From: an uncultured delta proteobacterium
GTDB lineage: Bacteria; Desulfobacterota; Syntrophobacteria; BM002
NCBI GenBank assembly: GCA_963712115.1
Contig: CAVQGX010000002.1
Span: 40,279-104,278 of the forward strand
DNA length: 64,000 bases
Reading direction: 5' to 3'
Each line of letters starts with the position of its first letter. Positions within the stretch are counted from its first letter, which is position 1. Positions 33,139-43,637 of the stretch are shown here, piece by piece. The translations under genes were made by a program, and so were the position numbers. The notes under the pieces are model-generated. The model ran no database searches and was not told where the DNA came from. It was given only the letters and a program-made list of their open reading frames with translations.

Positions 33139-34266
33139 ATGAGCCACGCAGATAAGACAAAAGGCCAACTCCTCGAGGAGTTAAAGTTGCTGCGCCAACG
33201 GATTGAGCAGTTGGAAGTGGCAGAAGATGCATTAAGGGAAGCTGAGGAACAATATCGTACACTGGTAGAGCGGGCGAACGATGCTATCATCATCATTCAA
33301 GATGAAAAAACGGTCTATCGCAATCCCACTTACGAAAATTTGCTAGGCTACAGCGTGACCGAGACCACAGACCGCAGTTTTCTCGACTTCGTGGTCCCGG
33401 AAGACAGAGAACAGATAAGGCAGCATTACTATAAGCGCCTTCATGGAGAGGAAGTTCCAGACGAATACGAGGTAAGACTCATGACCCGCTCCGGGGAGCC
33501 TGTGACTATGGAGGTTAAGCCCTGCGTCATAGAATATAAGGGGGCATTCGCAACAATGGTAGTGATGCGGAATGTGACCGAGCGTCGGCGGATGGAAGAC
33601 GCTTTGGAGCGCATGCGTTCCAGGCTGTTGAACCTCCTGGAAAGTGAACGGAGCAAGATCTCCCGGGTTCTCCACGATACCATCGGTCAAAACGTGAGCA
33701 TCCTCGATTTCAATCTAACTACCATAGTGGAGATGCTCGAAGAGAGCAGCCGAGAGCGCATAAGCGGACTGATAGACAACATGAGGGGAGTGATTCGGGA
33801 GACCGGCGACAGATTGAGAGACATATCCGGTGGTCTTCATCCGCGCCTGGTTCAGGAACTGGGTTTAGTGGCGGGGATTAACAACCTCATTGACCGTTTT
33901 CAAAACACGACGGGCCTCAAGGTGGAATCATCCATCCAGGGGAATGATTTGGAAATTGAGGAGAGCGTGGCGGTGAATCTCTACAGAATTGTACAAGAAG
34001 CCTTTACCAACATATTCAAGCATGCCAAATGCAGCTCAGTTTCTTTTGAAATGGCCCTCGAAGATGGTCGTGTGGGCATGACGATCAAAGACAATGGCAA
34101 TGGCTTTAGCTTGGAAGATGTGAATCAACGAGAAATTGATCAGCGCGGGATGGGCCTTTTTATAATGGAGGAGCGCGCCAAAGCTATTAGTGGAAGCCTG
34201 CAAATCTATTCGGAGCCGAATCAAGGCACTGAGTTGCAGGTGGAGGTTCCCTTGATAACCGCCTAG
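33139..34266 (+). CDS. PAS sensor histidine kinase (HisKA_3, NarX/UhpB type)
   Basis: PAS domain; ERSKISRVLHDTIGQ; RIVQEAFTNIFKHA; DNGNGF; GMGL. Confidence 0.93.
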   Translation: MSHADKTKGQLLEELKLLRQRIEQLEVAEDALREAEEQYRTLVERANDAIIIIQDEKTVYRNPTYENLLGYSVTETTDRSFLDFVVPEDREQIRQHYYKRLHGEEVPDEYEVRLMTRSGEPVTMEVKPCVIEYKGAFATMVVMRNVTERRRMEDALERMRSRLLNLLESERSKISRVLHDTIGQNVSILDFNLTTIVEMLEESSRERISGLIDNMRGVIRETGDRLRDISGGLHPRLVQELGLVAGINNLIDRFQNTTGLKVESSIQGNDLEIEESVAVNLYRIVQEAFTNIFKHAKCSSVSFEMALEDGRVGMTIKDNGNGFSLEDVNQREIDQRGMGLFIMEERAKAISGSLQIYSEPNQGTELQVEVPLITA

Positions 34267-34271
34267 AGTTG

Positions 34272-34417
34272 CGCACTAGGCACTAGGCACCAAGTCTCAC
34301 GGTGTCAGGTGTCAGGTTTCGGGTGTCAGGGAGGAGAAACACAAAAGCTGAAACCTGAAACCTGAACACTGAAACCTTAGTCTTTGCCCTATGCCCCATG
34401 CTCTCTGCTCTCTGCTC
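34272..34417. repeat. GCACTAG run, GTGTCAG / CTGAAAC inverted array and CCCTATG run overlapping the 3' end of the kinase gene
   Basis: GGTGTCAGGTGTCAGGTTTCGGGTGTCAGG ... CTGAAACCTGAAACCTGAACACTGAAACC; repeat encodes RAESREHGA-stop. Confidence 0.8.
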
Positions 34418-35543
34418 TTCCCGACAAGGGCCAGGAAACGGTAAAGGTGGTCTCCCGATCAGGCACGCTGGAAACCGTAATCTGTCCTCCGTGTTCCTCA
34501 ACAATTCCCAGAGCGATGGACAATCCAAGTCCTGTTCCTTCTCCCTTGCTGGTGAAGAACGGTTTGAAAATCTGCTCGATGTTCTGCCCGCTGATACCAG
34601 GTCCATTATCTGTCACCTGGATCCATTGACGGCCGCGGGATTGAAAGCTTGTCAGCCGAAGCCTACCTTTACCATTAAGTGCCTGGAGGCTGTTGACGGT
34701 TATATTCAAAATGACTTCTTTCATTTTCGCCCGGTCAAAATAGCAAGGTTTCTCTTCAACATTCGGTTCGTAGGTAATCTTAACTTCCCTCGTAAGATCG
34801 GAGTCTTGTTTTAGCTGAGCCACCGTCTCCTGCAAGAGCTCAGCCACCAGGCCGGAGGTAAGATTTGGTTTGCTCGGTCGAGCGTAGGCGAGGAACTCGG
34901 AGAGCGTCTCTTTTAATCTAAGAGTCTCTTTTTTTAAAAGAGACAGCACTAGTTCTTTTTCGGCGCCTTCCTCTGCGCCCTTTTCCAGGAGTTTGACGCC
35001 GGTCAGAAGCGCCCCCAGGGGCGTACGTATCTCGTGGGCCAGGCCCGAAGAGATCTCGCCTAGAAGCGCGAGCCGCTCTTGCCTCCTCAGCCGGTCAGCC
35101 TGCGTGGCCACCCTTGCCTCGAGGTTTTGAGAATACTCTAGCAATTGCGCCTCTAGTTTCTTTTGTTCTGTAACGTCACGCAAGATGTGCAGCCTGGAGT
35201 GGCTGCCGTCTGGATTGTAAAGTGGCGAGACCAACATGTCGTAGGTGCTGCGGCTAACCAGGGAAGTCCATTCCAGTCTCTGGGGGGGGCCAAAAACACT
35301 CATGCCCTCATGGCACTGTCGACAGTTGGTTGAAGAAAGGCCGAAGAATTCGTGGCATTTCTTACCCAGGCCGTCACCGAACTGGTAAATCAAATCCTGG
35401 TTCATGAACTCAATCTGGTGGTCGCGGTTGGTTATGAATACGCCATCCATGAGGTTTTCAAAGATGACGCGCAGTCGATCCCTCTCGTCGCGAATCCGAT
35501 CGTTGCTTTCCCTGGAGACCTTCGTCATCGTTTCCCTCGTCAA
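34389..35543 (-). CDS. PAS sensor histidine kinase (HisKA, NtrB type)
   Basis: GLAHEIRTPL H box; N box; DNGPGI; FKPFFTSK; GTGLGL. Confidence 0.93.
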   Translation of the reverse strand: MTRETMTKVSRESNDRIRDERDRLRVIFENLMDGVFITNRDHQIEFMNQDLIYQFGDGLGKKCHEFFGLSSTNCRQCHEGMSVFGPPQRLEWTSLVSRSTYDMLVSPLYNPDGSHSRLHILRDVTEQKKLEAQLLEYSQNLEARVATQADRLRRQERLALLGEISSGLAHEIRTPLGALLTGVKLLEKGAEEGAEKELVLSLLKKETLRLKETLSEFLAYARPSKPNLTSGLVAELLQETVAQLKQDSDLTREVKITYEPNVEEKPCYFDRAKMKEVILNITVNSLQALNGKGRLRLTSFQSRGRQWIQVTDNGPGISGQNIEQIFKPFFTSKGEGTGLGLSIALGIVEEHGGQITVSSVPDRETTFTVSWPLSGRAESREHGA

Positions 35544-35564
35544 GCTCCCAATCGATTGGCTTTG

Positions 35565-35723
35565 AAATCCGAAATCCTAAGCACGAAATTCTAAACAAAT
35601 TCAAAATCCGAATTCCCTAATGCTCAAAACAAGTTTGACTATCATCAAAGAAAAAGTTTGGTTCATTTGGATTTGGAGAATTTGAAAATTGTTTCGGATT
35701 TCGATATTCGATATTCGGATTTG
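35565..35723. repeat. ~160-bp AAATCCG / TTCGGAT palindromic element
   Basis: AAATCCGAAATCCTAAGCACGAAATTCTAAACAAAT ... TTGTTTCGGATTTCGATATTCGATATTCGGATTT; homologous to 45625-45783. Confidence 0.85.
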
Positions 35724-35758
35724 AAGATATGGCCACAGCGGTCCCTACCCAGTGCAGA

Positions 35759-37123
35759 TCACTCAGGCTGTTTTATGCCGTATCGCTTCATCTTTCTCCA
35801 CAGGGTGTTGTAGCCGATTCCGAGTTCTCGGGCAGCACGGCTTCTATTCCACTGGCAGTGTTCGAGTACCTTCCTTATGTGGACCTGCTCCATAGTTTCC
35901 ATACTCATATCACCAGAGCTCTCCGCTGATTCAAAACCTTCTACCGGGGGCATACATGCTTCTAGTGGCAGGTCAGAAGGTTGGATCTCTTCACCTAGGC
36001 AAAAGATAAGCGCTCTTTCGATGGCATTCTCCAGTTCCCTGACGTTGCCGGGCCAGGTGTGTGTTTGGAGCCTATTAATTGCTGCCGCTGAGAGTGAACT
36101 ATGCCTCCGCCCCATGTGGTTTCCATAGCGAGAGACGAAGTGCTCTGCCAGAGGTTTGATGTCTGCCACTCTTTTCCTGAGTGGCGGCAGGTAGATGGGT
36201 ATTACTTTAAGACGATAGTAGAGATCACGTCGAAACTGACCCTTCGGAACCAGGCTGGCCAGGTCCTTGTTGCTGGCGGCAATAATTCTCACATTAACCC
36301 TATGCTCTGCGGTTCCACCAACTCGACGAAATGTTCCGTCCTCGAGTACCCGTAACAGTTTCACTTGAAAGCTGGGGCTAGTTTCGCCAATCTCATCCAG
36401 AAACAGGGTGCCGCCATCTGCCACCTCGAACAACCCTTTCTTGTCCTTAATGGCGCCGGTGAAAGCACCTTTGACATGACCGAAGAGCTCGCTTTCAAGA
36501 AGACTTTCGGGGAGAGCACCGCAATTAATTGCCACAAATGGGCCACCAGCCCTTAGGCCGGAATGATGGATGTACCTCGCCATGAGTTCCTTACCCGTAC
36601 CACTCTCCCCCTCGATGAGCACAGTGGCGTCGTTTTGTGCCACCTGTTGAGTTAATCTCATAATCCGTTGCATCTCGGGGCTGACCGCCACAATTTGCCC
36701 AATCCCTGCCTGCTGCGCTACCTCTTTCTGTAAGTAGGCAACTTGTCGGCGGAGTTGGAGTCTCTCAACCGCCTTTTTCAGGGTGATCACCAGATCGTCG
36801 GGATCGACTGGCTTGGTTAGGTAGTCGTAGGCCCCTGCTTTCATTGCCTCCACAGCGGTGTCTACCGAACCAAAGCCGGTGAGGAGGATTACTTCAGTCT
36901 CCGGGGATTTTTCTTTCACCGCAGCCAAAACTTCCAGACCATCAACTTCATCCAAGCGTAAGTCAGTGACCACGGCATGGTACTGGTCAGTGGCAATCCG
37001 CCGGAGTGCCTCACCACCACTGCCAACAGCAGTTACCTCAAACCCTTCCCGCTTCAAGTACATGGCCTGGGTGACCCGCAGGGAGTCGTCATCTTCCACA
37101 AGTAAAATACGATTTTCCAACAT
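35759..37123 (-). CDS. Sigma54-dependent response regulator (NtrC/AtoC family)
   Basis: Receiver domain, [22 protein letters not shown], Fis-type HTH. Confidence 0.96.
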   Translation of the reverse strand: MLENRILLVEDDDSLRVTQAMYLKREGFEVTAVGSGGEALRRIATDQYHAVVTDLRLDEVDGLEVLAAVKEKSPETEVILLTGFGSVDTAVEAMKAGAYDYLTKPVDPDDLVITLKKAVERLQLRRQVAYLQKEVAQQAGIGQIVAVSPEMQRIMRLTQQVAQNDATVLIEGESGTGKELMARYIHHSGLRAGGPFVAINCGALPESLLESELFGHVKGAFTGAIKDKKGLFEVADGGTLFLDEIGETSPSFQVKLLRVLEDGTFRRVGGTAEHRVNVRIIAASNKDLASLVPKGQFRRDLYYRLKVIPIYLPPLRKRVADIKPLAEHFVSRYGNHMGRRHSSLSAAAINRLQTHTWPGNVRELENAIERALIFCLGEEIQPSDLPLEACMPPVEGFESAESSGDMSMETMEQVHIRKVLEHCQWNRSRAARELGIGYNTLWRKMKRYGIKQPE

Positions 37124-37214
37124 ATGGTAATATTAACCGCCAAAAGAGTTTTTACAAAGGGTTAGAAATCTTATCAAAGATGGGGATGAAAGTCGCAGGC
37201 TAATTTCATGAGGG

Positions 37215-39311
37215 TTAACGGTCCTTTTCTGTTATGGGCAGGTAGATTCTGAAGGTAGTTCCCACATTTGATTCGCTGGAGCATGAGATGTATCCACCAT
37301 GGTTTTTGACGATTCCATAAACCATGGATAACCCCAGACCTGTTTTGTCGTTCTGGTCTTCCTTGGAATAGAAGGGATCGAAAACGTGTTCCAGGGTTTC
37401 TTTGCCCAGGCCCGGGCCGTTGTCAGATAAGGTGACAAGTACACACTCTCTCATTGCAACTCCAGCGTGAGCTCGGCGAAAATCCTGGTCCAAAGTCATC
37501 CTCTTTGTTTCGATGATAATTTTTCCTCCATCGGGCATGGCCTCTCGCGCGTTGACAGCCAGGGCTAGTAAAGCTTGCTCAACCTGGTTTGGGTCTCCAT
37601 TAATAACTGCAGGCTCATTTGCCAGGCGGAGCTCAAGCTCGATTGTCTCTGGCATGGTTCTACTTAACAATTTGTATGTCTTTTTTATTTCTTGGTTAAG
37701 TTCAATCGGTTGTTTTTTGCTCTTTATCTGACCGCTGAAAGCAAGTAATCGCTTCGACAGGACCGCGCCCCTAAAGGCTGCATTGGTAATCTCCAACAGC
37801 TCCTGATAGTTTGGATCATCCCGATCTTTGCCCCACATGAGACGTTCAACGTAACCATGCACTGCCTGAAACAAGTTGCTGAGTTCCTGAGCAACCCCGC
37901 CCGACAAGGTAGAAATGGCCTCCAATTTCTTGGACTGGAGAAGTTGTCCTTCCAGTTTCTGCTTTTCCTCTTCCGCTTGCTTGCGCGCGGTGATGTCACG
38001 GACCACACTTACCCAACCAATGCGATCGCCTTCTTCGGCTGTTAGTGTCATTACTGTGTGCTCGGTAGGAAAGACTGTTCCATCCTTTCGTTTCATTTCG
38101 AACTCGGCCAAATGCATGAAACCGTGCTCAGCTATGGCGGGATGGAGATGGCCTTGGAATTTTCGTAATGAAGGTTCATCCACATGCAAGAAGTTGGTTT
38201 CACGGTCCAACATTTCCTGGCGATTGTAGCCGAACATGTTTACAGCAGCGGGGTTGCAGTCTAAAATTCTGGCTGGCACTGAATCGTCCAAAATGAAAAG
38301 AGCATCCTGCTGGCTGGTAAAGACTTTCTCGAACAAATCTTTGGAATTTCGCAGTTCCTGCTCGGTTCGCCTGCGATCGGTGATGTCATGGATAATCGAA
38401 TAAAGAAGCTCTCTACCACGCAGTCTGATTGGACCACTGTAAACTTCAACGTCACGGACCTCTTCATTCGCCAAACGGTGACGAAAGAGAAAGTGATGGC
38501 GTTCTTCCGCCTTCGCTAGCTCCATTTCCTGAAAAACCTGTTCTTTCGATAGTATATTGATATCAGTAATCTTCATGCTGGTAAGTTTTTCCCGACTCCA
38601 GCCATAGAAGGAGCAGGCTGCAGGATTGGCATCTAATATGTCCGCACTCGCCGGATCAATCAGGAGCATCACTGCGTGGTTGTTCTTGAAAAGGCTACGA
38701 TAGCGTTGTTCACTCTCTCGCAACTCTTTCTCAGTTTGCACGCGTATGGCGATTTCTTGCTTTAACTTCTCGTTTGCGTTCACAAGGTCGGCGGTACGCT
38801 CCTGCACCCGCAGTTCGAGCTCCTGGGTGGCACTCAATAACTTCTCTTCGGCTCGCTTGCGATCACTAATATCAGTAACCACAGCAATGCTACCCTTAAA
38901 GCTGCCATCCGCAGAAAAGATCGGCCTCGGTGACACAAGCACGAATGCCTTCTTTCCACCTTTTCGGATTAATGCTAGTTCGTAGAGATCTCGTTTGCCT
39001 GATTTTCTTCTCGCAAGTTGCTCTGTAAATATTTTCTCATCGGCTTCGTCAAGGAGGTCGGTGACAAATCTGCCTATGGTCTCATCTTGCCTGTATCCTA
39101 TAATTTCACAAAAGCGGTTGTTTACACAAATAAACCGCAGGTTTTCGTCGATCATTGCCAAACCATCGTTTATGGCCTCAGCCAGGGTGCAGAAACCGCC
39201 TTCGCTTACAGTATATTCTGGACCGTCAGCTGACTCCAGTTGGGCAATAAGTTCACACAGTTTAAACTGATCACCCAGCGCCTCATTTTTTTTCTTAAGG
39301 GGGTCATTCAT
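37215..39311 (-). CDS. Triple-PAS histidine kinase-like protein lacking the phosphoacceptor His
   Basis: Three PAS domains; H box reads LSGGVAQELSNL; NAREAM, DNGPGL, FDPFYS, TGLGL retained. Confidence 0.88.
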   Translation of the reverse strand: MNDPLKKKNEALGDQFKLCELIAQLESADGPEYTVSEGGFCTLAEAINDGLAMIDENLRFICVNNRFCEIIGYRQDETIGRFVTDLLDEADEKIFTEQLARRKSGKRDLYELALIRKGGKKAFVLVSPRPIFSADGSFKGSIAVVTDISDRKRAEEKLLSATQELELRVQERTADLVNANEKLKQEIAIRVQTEKELRESEQRYRSLFKNNHAVMLLIDPASADILDANPAACSFYGWSREKLTSMKITDINILSKEQVFQEMELAKAEERHHFLFRHRLANEEVRDVEVYSGPIRLRGRELLYSIIHDITDRRRTEQELRNSKDLFEKVFTSQQDALFILDDSVPARILDCNPAAVNMFGYNRQEMLDRETNFLHVDEPSLRKFQGHLHPAIAEHGFMHLAEFEMKRKDGTVFPTEHTVMTLTAEEGDRIGWVSVVRDITARKQAEEEKQKLEGQLLQSKKLEAISTLSGGVAQELSNLFQAVHGYVERLMWGKDRDDPNYQELLEITNAAFRGAVLSKRLLAFSGQIKSKKQPIELNQEIKKTYKLLSRTMPETIELELRLANEPAVINGDPNQVEQALLALAVNAREAMPDGGKIIIETKRMTLDQDFRRAHAGVAMRECVLVTLSDNGPGLGKETLEHVFDPFYSKEDQNDKTGLGLSMVYGIVKNHGGYISCSSESNVGTTFRIYLPITEKDR

Positions 39312-39527
39312 TTTGGCCCACCCCACATGATTAAGAGTTGATCTTTGGTCGAACCCCAAACTTTGCAATAACTATGCTTAACCCGGATGTTTCATAAATC
39401 ACTTGCTGAGACCGACTATGGATTTGCCATTCAGCTCTGACCTGGCCCCATCGAAGATCTCGCTATGCGGGAAGGGCCAAGTTTCCGGGACTGTAATCGA
39501 AGCTCTAGATAGGCCGATTTTATTGTC

Positions 39528-40136
39528 CTAGCTTGACCTAACAAAAGAAATGATTCTTTTGCCCGTGCATTCAGCCACGTCAGCCAGCCCGTCCACTGAA
39601 AGATGGCTCGCGGCGTCAGCAGCAAACAAACAGGTTACTGCGGCGGGGAATTCTTCGTCTGGAAGATAAAAAATATAGTAGAGGGGAATACGAGGCAGTG
39701 GATATAGAGTGAAGGAGAAATCACCACTGGCCGCATCGGTGTTGACTTTACCTGAAAAGTACTCGGCAATGGCCTGTTTTTGACGCTGAATTGACAGTAC
39801 ATGGGGGACCAGAACTTGCTCGGAACGTGCGACAAAAGCACCTTGATAGGGCCCGCTGTTAGGCAACTCCTTAAAAGATTGAAGGGGATGAATTTTGGCT
39901 GGTTCATCGCGTACGTTACGGGCATAAAGGGAGATGAGAATACCCTCCGGCCCGGTAGCTGGCTTGCCCCCTAAACTTATTGCATCCTGACAAAGCTTGC
40001 AGGTCTCCCCAAAAGCCTGGAAATAAAAGCAATCTTCCTCCATCCTTGCAGGCAAGGCCTGCTCTAGGATTTCCTTGCCCCGAAGCCAGGCTTCTTTAAG
40101 GTGTTCCATTTGAATCAGGAGGTATTGGTCGTTCAT
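39528..40136 (-). CDS. DUF3786-like protein
   Basis: SFKELPNSGPYQGAF, GDFSF, PLPRIPL, DEEFPA; ATG 40136 after AGGAG. Confidence 0.75.
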   Translation of the reverse strand: MNDQYLLIQMEHLKEAWLRGKEILEQALPARMEEDCFYFQAFGETCKLCQDAISLGGKPATGPEGILISLYARNVRDEPAKIHPLQSFKELPNSGPYQGAFVARSEQVLVPHVLSIQRQKQAIAEYFSGKVNTDAASGDFSFTLYPLPRIPLYYIFYLPDEEFPAAVTCLFAADAASHLSVDGLADVAECTGKRIISFVRSS

Positions 40137-40289
40137 GTGGTCTACTCCTGCTAGGCACAAGGCACAAGTTTCACGTTGGAGGTTAGAGGTTAGAGGTGTA
40201 AGGCAACAAGTATTATAAGGAAAGAACATCTTTTGCCTCCAACCTAAAGCGAAGCGCTCCTCCGACCTCCAACCCTATGCGCTCTGCGA

Positions 40290-40784
40290 TTAGAAACGCA
40301 CATAGACAAACCTGGCAAAGTACCCGATTATTATCGGAAAAATAAAGCTACAGATGAGCCGGGTAAAAGTGATTTTAAACCCCAGCAGGGGGATCTCAAA
40401 AGCTATAACCCGGTTTACACCAATTAAAGCCCAGGCTGAGAGATAGGCGATTAAAGGTCCAATGTGCGCTCCTGCCTTATACATGGCCGCTACAATAGGA
40501 AACTGGATAAAAGGACCACCAGGAGCGACAGCTCCCAAACATGTTCCAATGAGAATTCCCTTGAAGCCGCTCTCTGCTCCCACCCATCGGATGAGAAGTT
40601 CTTTAGGCAGGAGAACCTCCATCAGCCCGGCCACGAAAAAGGCCAAGATTAGGACCGGCAAGAGCCTCAATAGCAGCCCACCGCCTGCTCTAATAGCCTG
40701 CACAGGGAGCTGAGGGCTTTTGTGATAGGCTATGGCACCCAAGATTACAGACAGGGCCAGCATTACGAAAAAGGCTGCTTTCAT
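40290..40784 (-). CDS. Predicted permease (DUF318-like)
   Basis: Hydrophobic helices; WVGAESGFKGI, PGGPF..FP motifs. Confidence 0.8.
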   Translation of the reverse strand: MKAAFFVMLALSVILGAIAYHKSPQLPVQAIRAGGGLLLRLLPVLILAFFVAGLMEVLLPKELLIRWVGAESGFKGILIGTCLGAVAPGGPFIQFPIVAAMYKAGAHIGPLIAYLSAWALIGVNRVIAFEIPLLGFKITFTRLICSFIFPIIIGYFARFVYVRF

Positions 40785-40937
40785 GCTATTTCTCCGTTTC
40801 AACAAAGAGGGAATGGCAAAGAAACTCGTTCAGTTTCACAGTAATGTACCGCAAAGGGAATCATTGTTGTCAAATGATTTTTTGTTGTATAGCTGCTATA
40901 TTGGCAGGAACTGCTATGGAATGAGGCGGATAGGATC

Positions 40938-41942
40938 GTGGGTAGTCGTTTTGCTCTCCTGAGTTTGGCCTTGATCGTTGTTTGCTTCGGCATCTCTTGT
41001 GACCAGGAAAAGTCGAAAAGTGGGGGAAAAGGGATGGAAATAAGTGATGTTGAGAAAACTGTGGAGAGACTTCGAGAACATGTAAAGCACCTTACGGTCA
41101 CTATTGGCGAACGGTCCGTAGGGGTGCCAGAAAATCTAGAGAAAACTGCCACTTACATAGAGTCGTTCTATCGGGATCTTGAGCTTCCCTCTCAAAGGGA
41201 GTCATACACATATAATAATTTCACCGTGGCCAGTATTGTGGCCAGCATCGACCTTGGCTTGAATCCTACCAAGCACTACCTCCTGGGGGCCCACTATGAC
41301 TCGGTCTGGGGCACAGTGGGCGCAGACGATAATGCCAGCGCTATTGCTGTCCAGTTGGAGACTGCAAGGGAGCTGAAGTCTTTGCTTGGGGGTAAGGAGT
41401 TAGGGGTAGGAGTGAAGTTTGTCTCCTTTCCCTTGGAAGAGCCTCCGGCTTTTGGCACTCGCCATATGGCGAGTAAAATCTATGCCAAGAAGGCCAAGAA
41501 AGAAAATGAGCAGATAGACGGTATGCTCTGCCTGGAGATGGTAGGCTACACCTGTCACCAGGAAGGTTGCCAGGACTATCCATTTCCCTTGATGTTCATG
41601 GACTATCCCAAGGAGGGAAACTTTATCGGCATTGTAGGCAACCTGAAGTCAACAGGTCTCACCAACTCTCTCTACAGGGCTTTTCAGAAAAATCGGGATC
41701 TGCCGGTGGTCAAGTTGACCGTGCCTTTTGGTGGTTGGTTACTCCCTTCGGTGCGATTGAGTGACCATGCCCCTTTCTGGGACCAAGGTTACAAAGCGGT
41801 GATGATTACTGATTCGGCCTTCTATCGCAATCCCCACTACCATCTGCCCTCAGACACTATGGAAAAACTGGACTACAAGTTCATGGCCGAGCTGGTGAAG
41901 AGTCTGGTTATGTTTTTCGTTGAGGTAGGCAGTAGGCGATAA
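40938..41942 (+). CDS. M28-family metallopeptidase with signal peptide
   Basis: GAHYDS, GADDNASA, LEEPP, LEMVGY, SDHAPFW, YHLPSDT. Confidence 0.92.
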   Translation: MGSRFALLSLALIVVCFGISCDQEKSKSGGKGMEISDVEKTVERLREHVKHLTVTIGERSVGVPENLEKTATYIESFYRDLELPSQRESYTYNNFTVASIVASIDLGLNPTKHYLLGAHYDSVWGTVGADDNASAIAVQLETARELKSLLGGKELGVGVKFVSFPLEEPPAFGTRHMASKIYAKKAKKENEQIDGMLCLEMVGYTCHQEGCQDYPFPLMFMDYPKEGNFIGIVGNLKSTGLTNSLYRAFQKNRDLPVVKLTVPFGGWLLPSVRLSDHAPFWDQGYKAVMITDSAFYRNPHYHLPSDTMEKLDYKFMAELVKSLVMFFVEVGSRR

Positions 41943-41987
41943 ACTGCTAAGGGCAATGGTTCACCAGTCAGAGTCCAGTAACATTGT

Positions 41988-42165
41988 GGCATAAGGCATA
42001 AGGCGCAAGGCGCAAGGAATGAAGTTCATCGTAATATTGCCTTAGGCCGTGAGCCCTACGCCTCTCCTCAATCCGAAACCATCTCCTCTCTTTCCCTCGT
42101 CTCGCTCGACCTCACGTCTCGCCCGTCTCGCCGCATACGCTATGCTCCATGCCCTATCCTATGCC
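41988..42165. repeat. GGCRYAA inverted array, CGTCTCG run and CCCTATG run
   Basis: GGCATAAGGCATAAGGCGCAAGGCGCAAGG ... CCTTAGGCCGTGAGCCCTACGCC. Confidence 0.75.
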
Positions 42166-42650
42166 TTGAAAATCAGGGTGCAGCACTCATATCCTTCACA
42201 GATTTGATCTCCGAGTTCAAACTTGATGTCATCTCCAAATTCAGCAGCCCAAACCTGATATTCAGTAGTGCAGATGCGAGTTCCCACTGGCCCGGAAAGA
42301 TGCTCTCTCCCTGATTTGATCATAATGGTATGCCAGGGACATTCGTTTAGAGTTATTTTAAATGATTTCATATCATCGCTTTGCTCGGCCTCGAAGGCAA
42401 AGCCGTCAAGAGTGAGCTTGGTGGTGAGACATTGTCGAAGTCCATCCAGACCGTCTGTTGAGCTACCCATGGATTTCAACTTGCGAGCCTGAATTTTTGG
42501 CATGACCTTCCAGACCTCGTCATCGATGTCGAGGGCAGTATCAAAACCGTATATTTCTTCAACCTTCACGAACCAGAGCCCGTCTACCGCGGTGTAACTG
42601 CGCTTGAAGTATTCGGCAATTTGTTTATCTGTGAGTTTGAGCATCATCAT
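42159..42650 (-). CDS. DUF6125-like protein
   Basis: AVDGLWF, CPWH, C...Y..WA, C....ECC pattern; RBS GGAGGAG. Confidence 0.7.
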   Translation of the reverse strand: MMMLKLTDKQIAEYFKRSYTAVDGLWFVKVEEIYGFDTALDIDDEVWKVMPKIQARKLKSMGSSTDGLDGLRQCLTTKLTLDGFAFEAEQSDDMKSFKITLNECPWHTIMIKSGREHLSGPVGTRICTTEYQVWAAEFGDDIKFELGDQICEGYECCTLIFKA

Positions 42651-42752
42651 GTCTCCTCCTCCACTTTACCCTGTTAAATCCCAGCTATGCGGTGTTCGCG
42701 GAGGCAAAATGTAACAGGTTAATTCCCCTCACCCAGAGGCTTACACTCAATT

Positions 42753-42904
42753 CGTCATCCCGGCCAAGTCTAGTAGAGCTGGACGCGAGCCGGGATCCAG
42801 ACAACGTCCCCGCGAAGGCGGGGAACCAGGCACCAAATGACGTCATTGCAGTTATCTGAATTCCGGATCTCGCCCCGAGAAGCGGAGCTCGTCCGGAATG
42901 ACGG
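42753..42904. repeat. CGTC-tagged REP-like palindromes (inverted pair plus a partial third)
   Basis: CGTCATCCCGGC...GCCGGGATCCAG; CGTCCCCGCGAAGGCGGGGAACCAG; TTCCGGA...TCCGGAATGACG. Confidence 0.75.
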
Positions 42905-42945
42905 CTTCGGCGAATTACTAAACAGTCTCCTAGGAGAGGGGGATT

Positions 42946-43443
42946 TCAGGGTTCATCTGACCAACTTTCTTCAACAAGAACAACCGAGGTTTCGATTTGC
43001 CGGTCAGGAATTGACCAGTATTTCTTGAGCAGACGGTCCTTCTCCTCTGGATTGACCAGGCGGAATTTATGTTTCTCGTAAAAACGGATGGCCCAAGTGG
43101 CATCTGCCCAGGTACCGAGAAGAATTGGCCGCGAAGTCAAGGTGCGAAGATGGGACAGGAGTTTTCCGCCAATTCCTTTGTTCTGCTCGGCCGTGCGCAC
43201 ATAGGCGTGTCTTATGAGGGTTACGTCCAGTACATCTTGGATACCCATGACGCCTAGCAACTCACCGTCTTCTTCATAGCCCCAGAATCTGACGTGAGCA
43301 TCGATCTCGTGCCTGAGTTCTTTTCTGGGCATATAAGGCTCATTCCAGCGATCAGCAGGTATAATCCCCCTGTAAACCTGAGCAGCCTCGTTTATGATTT
43401 CATAGATCGTCTCGAAGTCATTCTCTTCACACCGCCGAATCAT
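42946..43443 (-). CDS. GNAT-family N-acetyltransferase
   Basis: LIRHAYVRTAEQNKGIGGKLL motif A; AIRFYEKHKF. Confidence 0.92.
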   Translation of the reverse strand: MIRRCEENDFETIYEIINEAAQVYRGIIPADRWNEPYMPRKELRHEIDAHVRFWGYEEDGELLGVMGIQDVLDVTLIRHAYVRTAEQNKGIGGKLLSHLRTLTSRPILLGTWADATWAIRFYEKHKFRLVNPEEKDRLLKKYWSIPDRQIETSVVLVEESWSDEP

Positions 43444-43467
43444 TTTGTTTTTCCTCCGGAAGGATAC

Positions 43468-43484
43468 TTGGCACTATTATTGCG
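43468..43484 (+). promoter_or_regulatory. Sigma54 (-24/-12) promoter
   Basis: TTGGCAC-TATTA-TTGCG, exact GG-N10-GC spacing, about 150 bp before the FHA gene. Confidence 0.7.
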
Positions 43485-43637
43485 AATGACATGCTGGTAA
43501 GGCAAGAATAAATCACCTACATCAGGGTAAAGAGAGCAAATGAGACCCGGACCATTTCTCTCCAGAGATTACCCTGCTGTTCTTCTCTGAAGGAATTGGA
43601 GCAGGGTAGGGCCGGATAGAATTTTGAGGGTAGACCG

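Noticed and set aside
39364-39380. Sigma54 promoter upstream of the pseudokinase (minus strand AAGCATAGTTATTGCA)
   Set aside because: Invariant GG at -24 is AG
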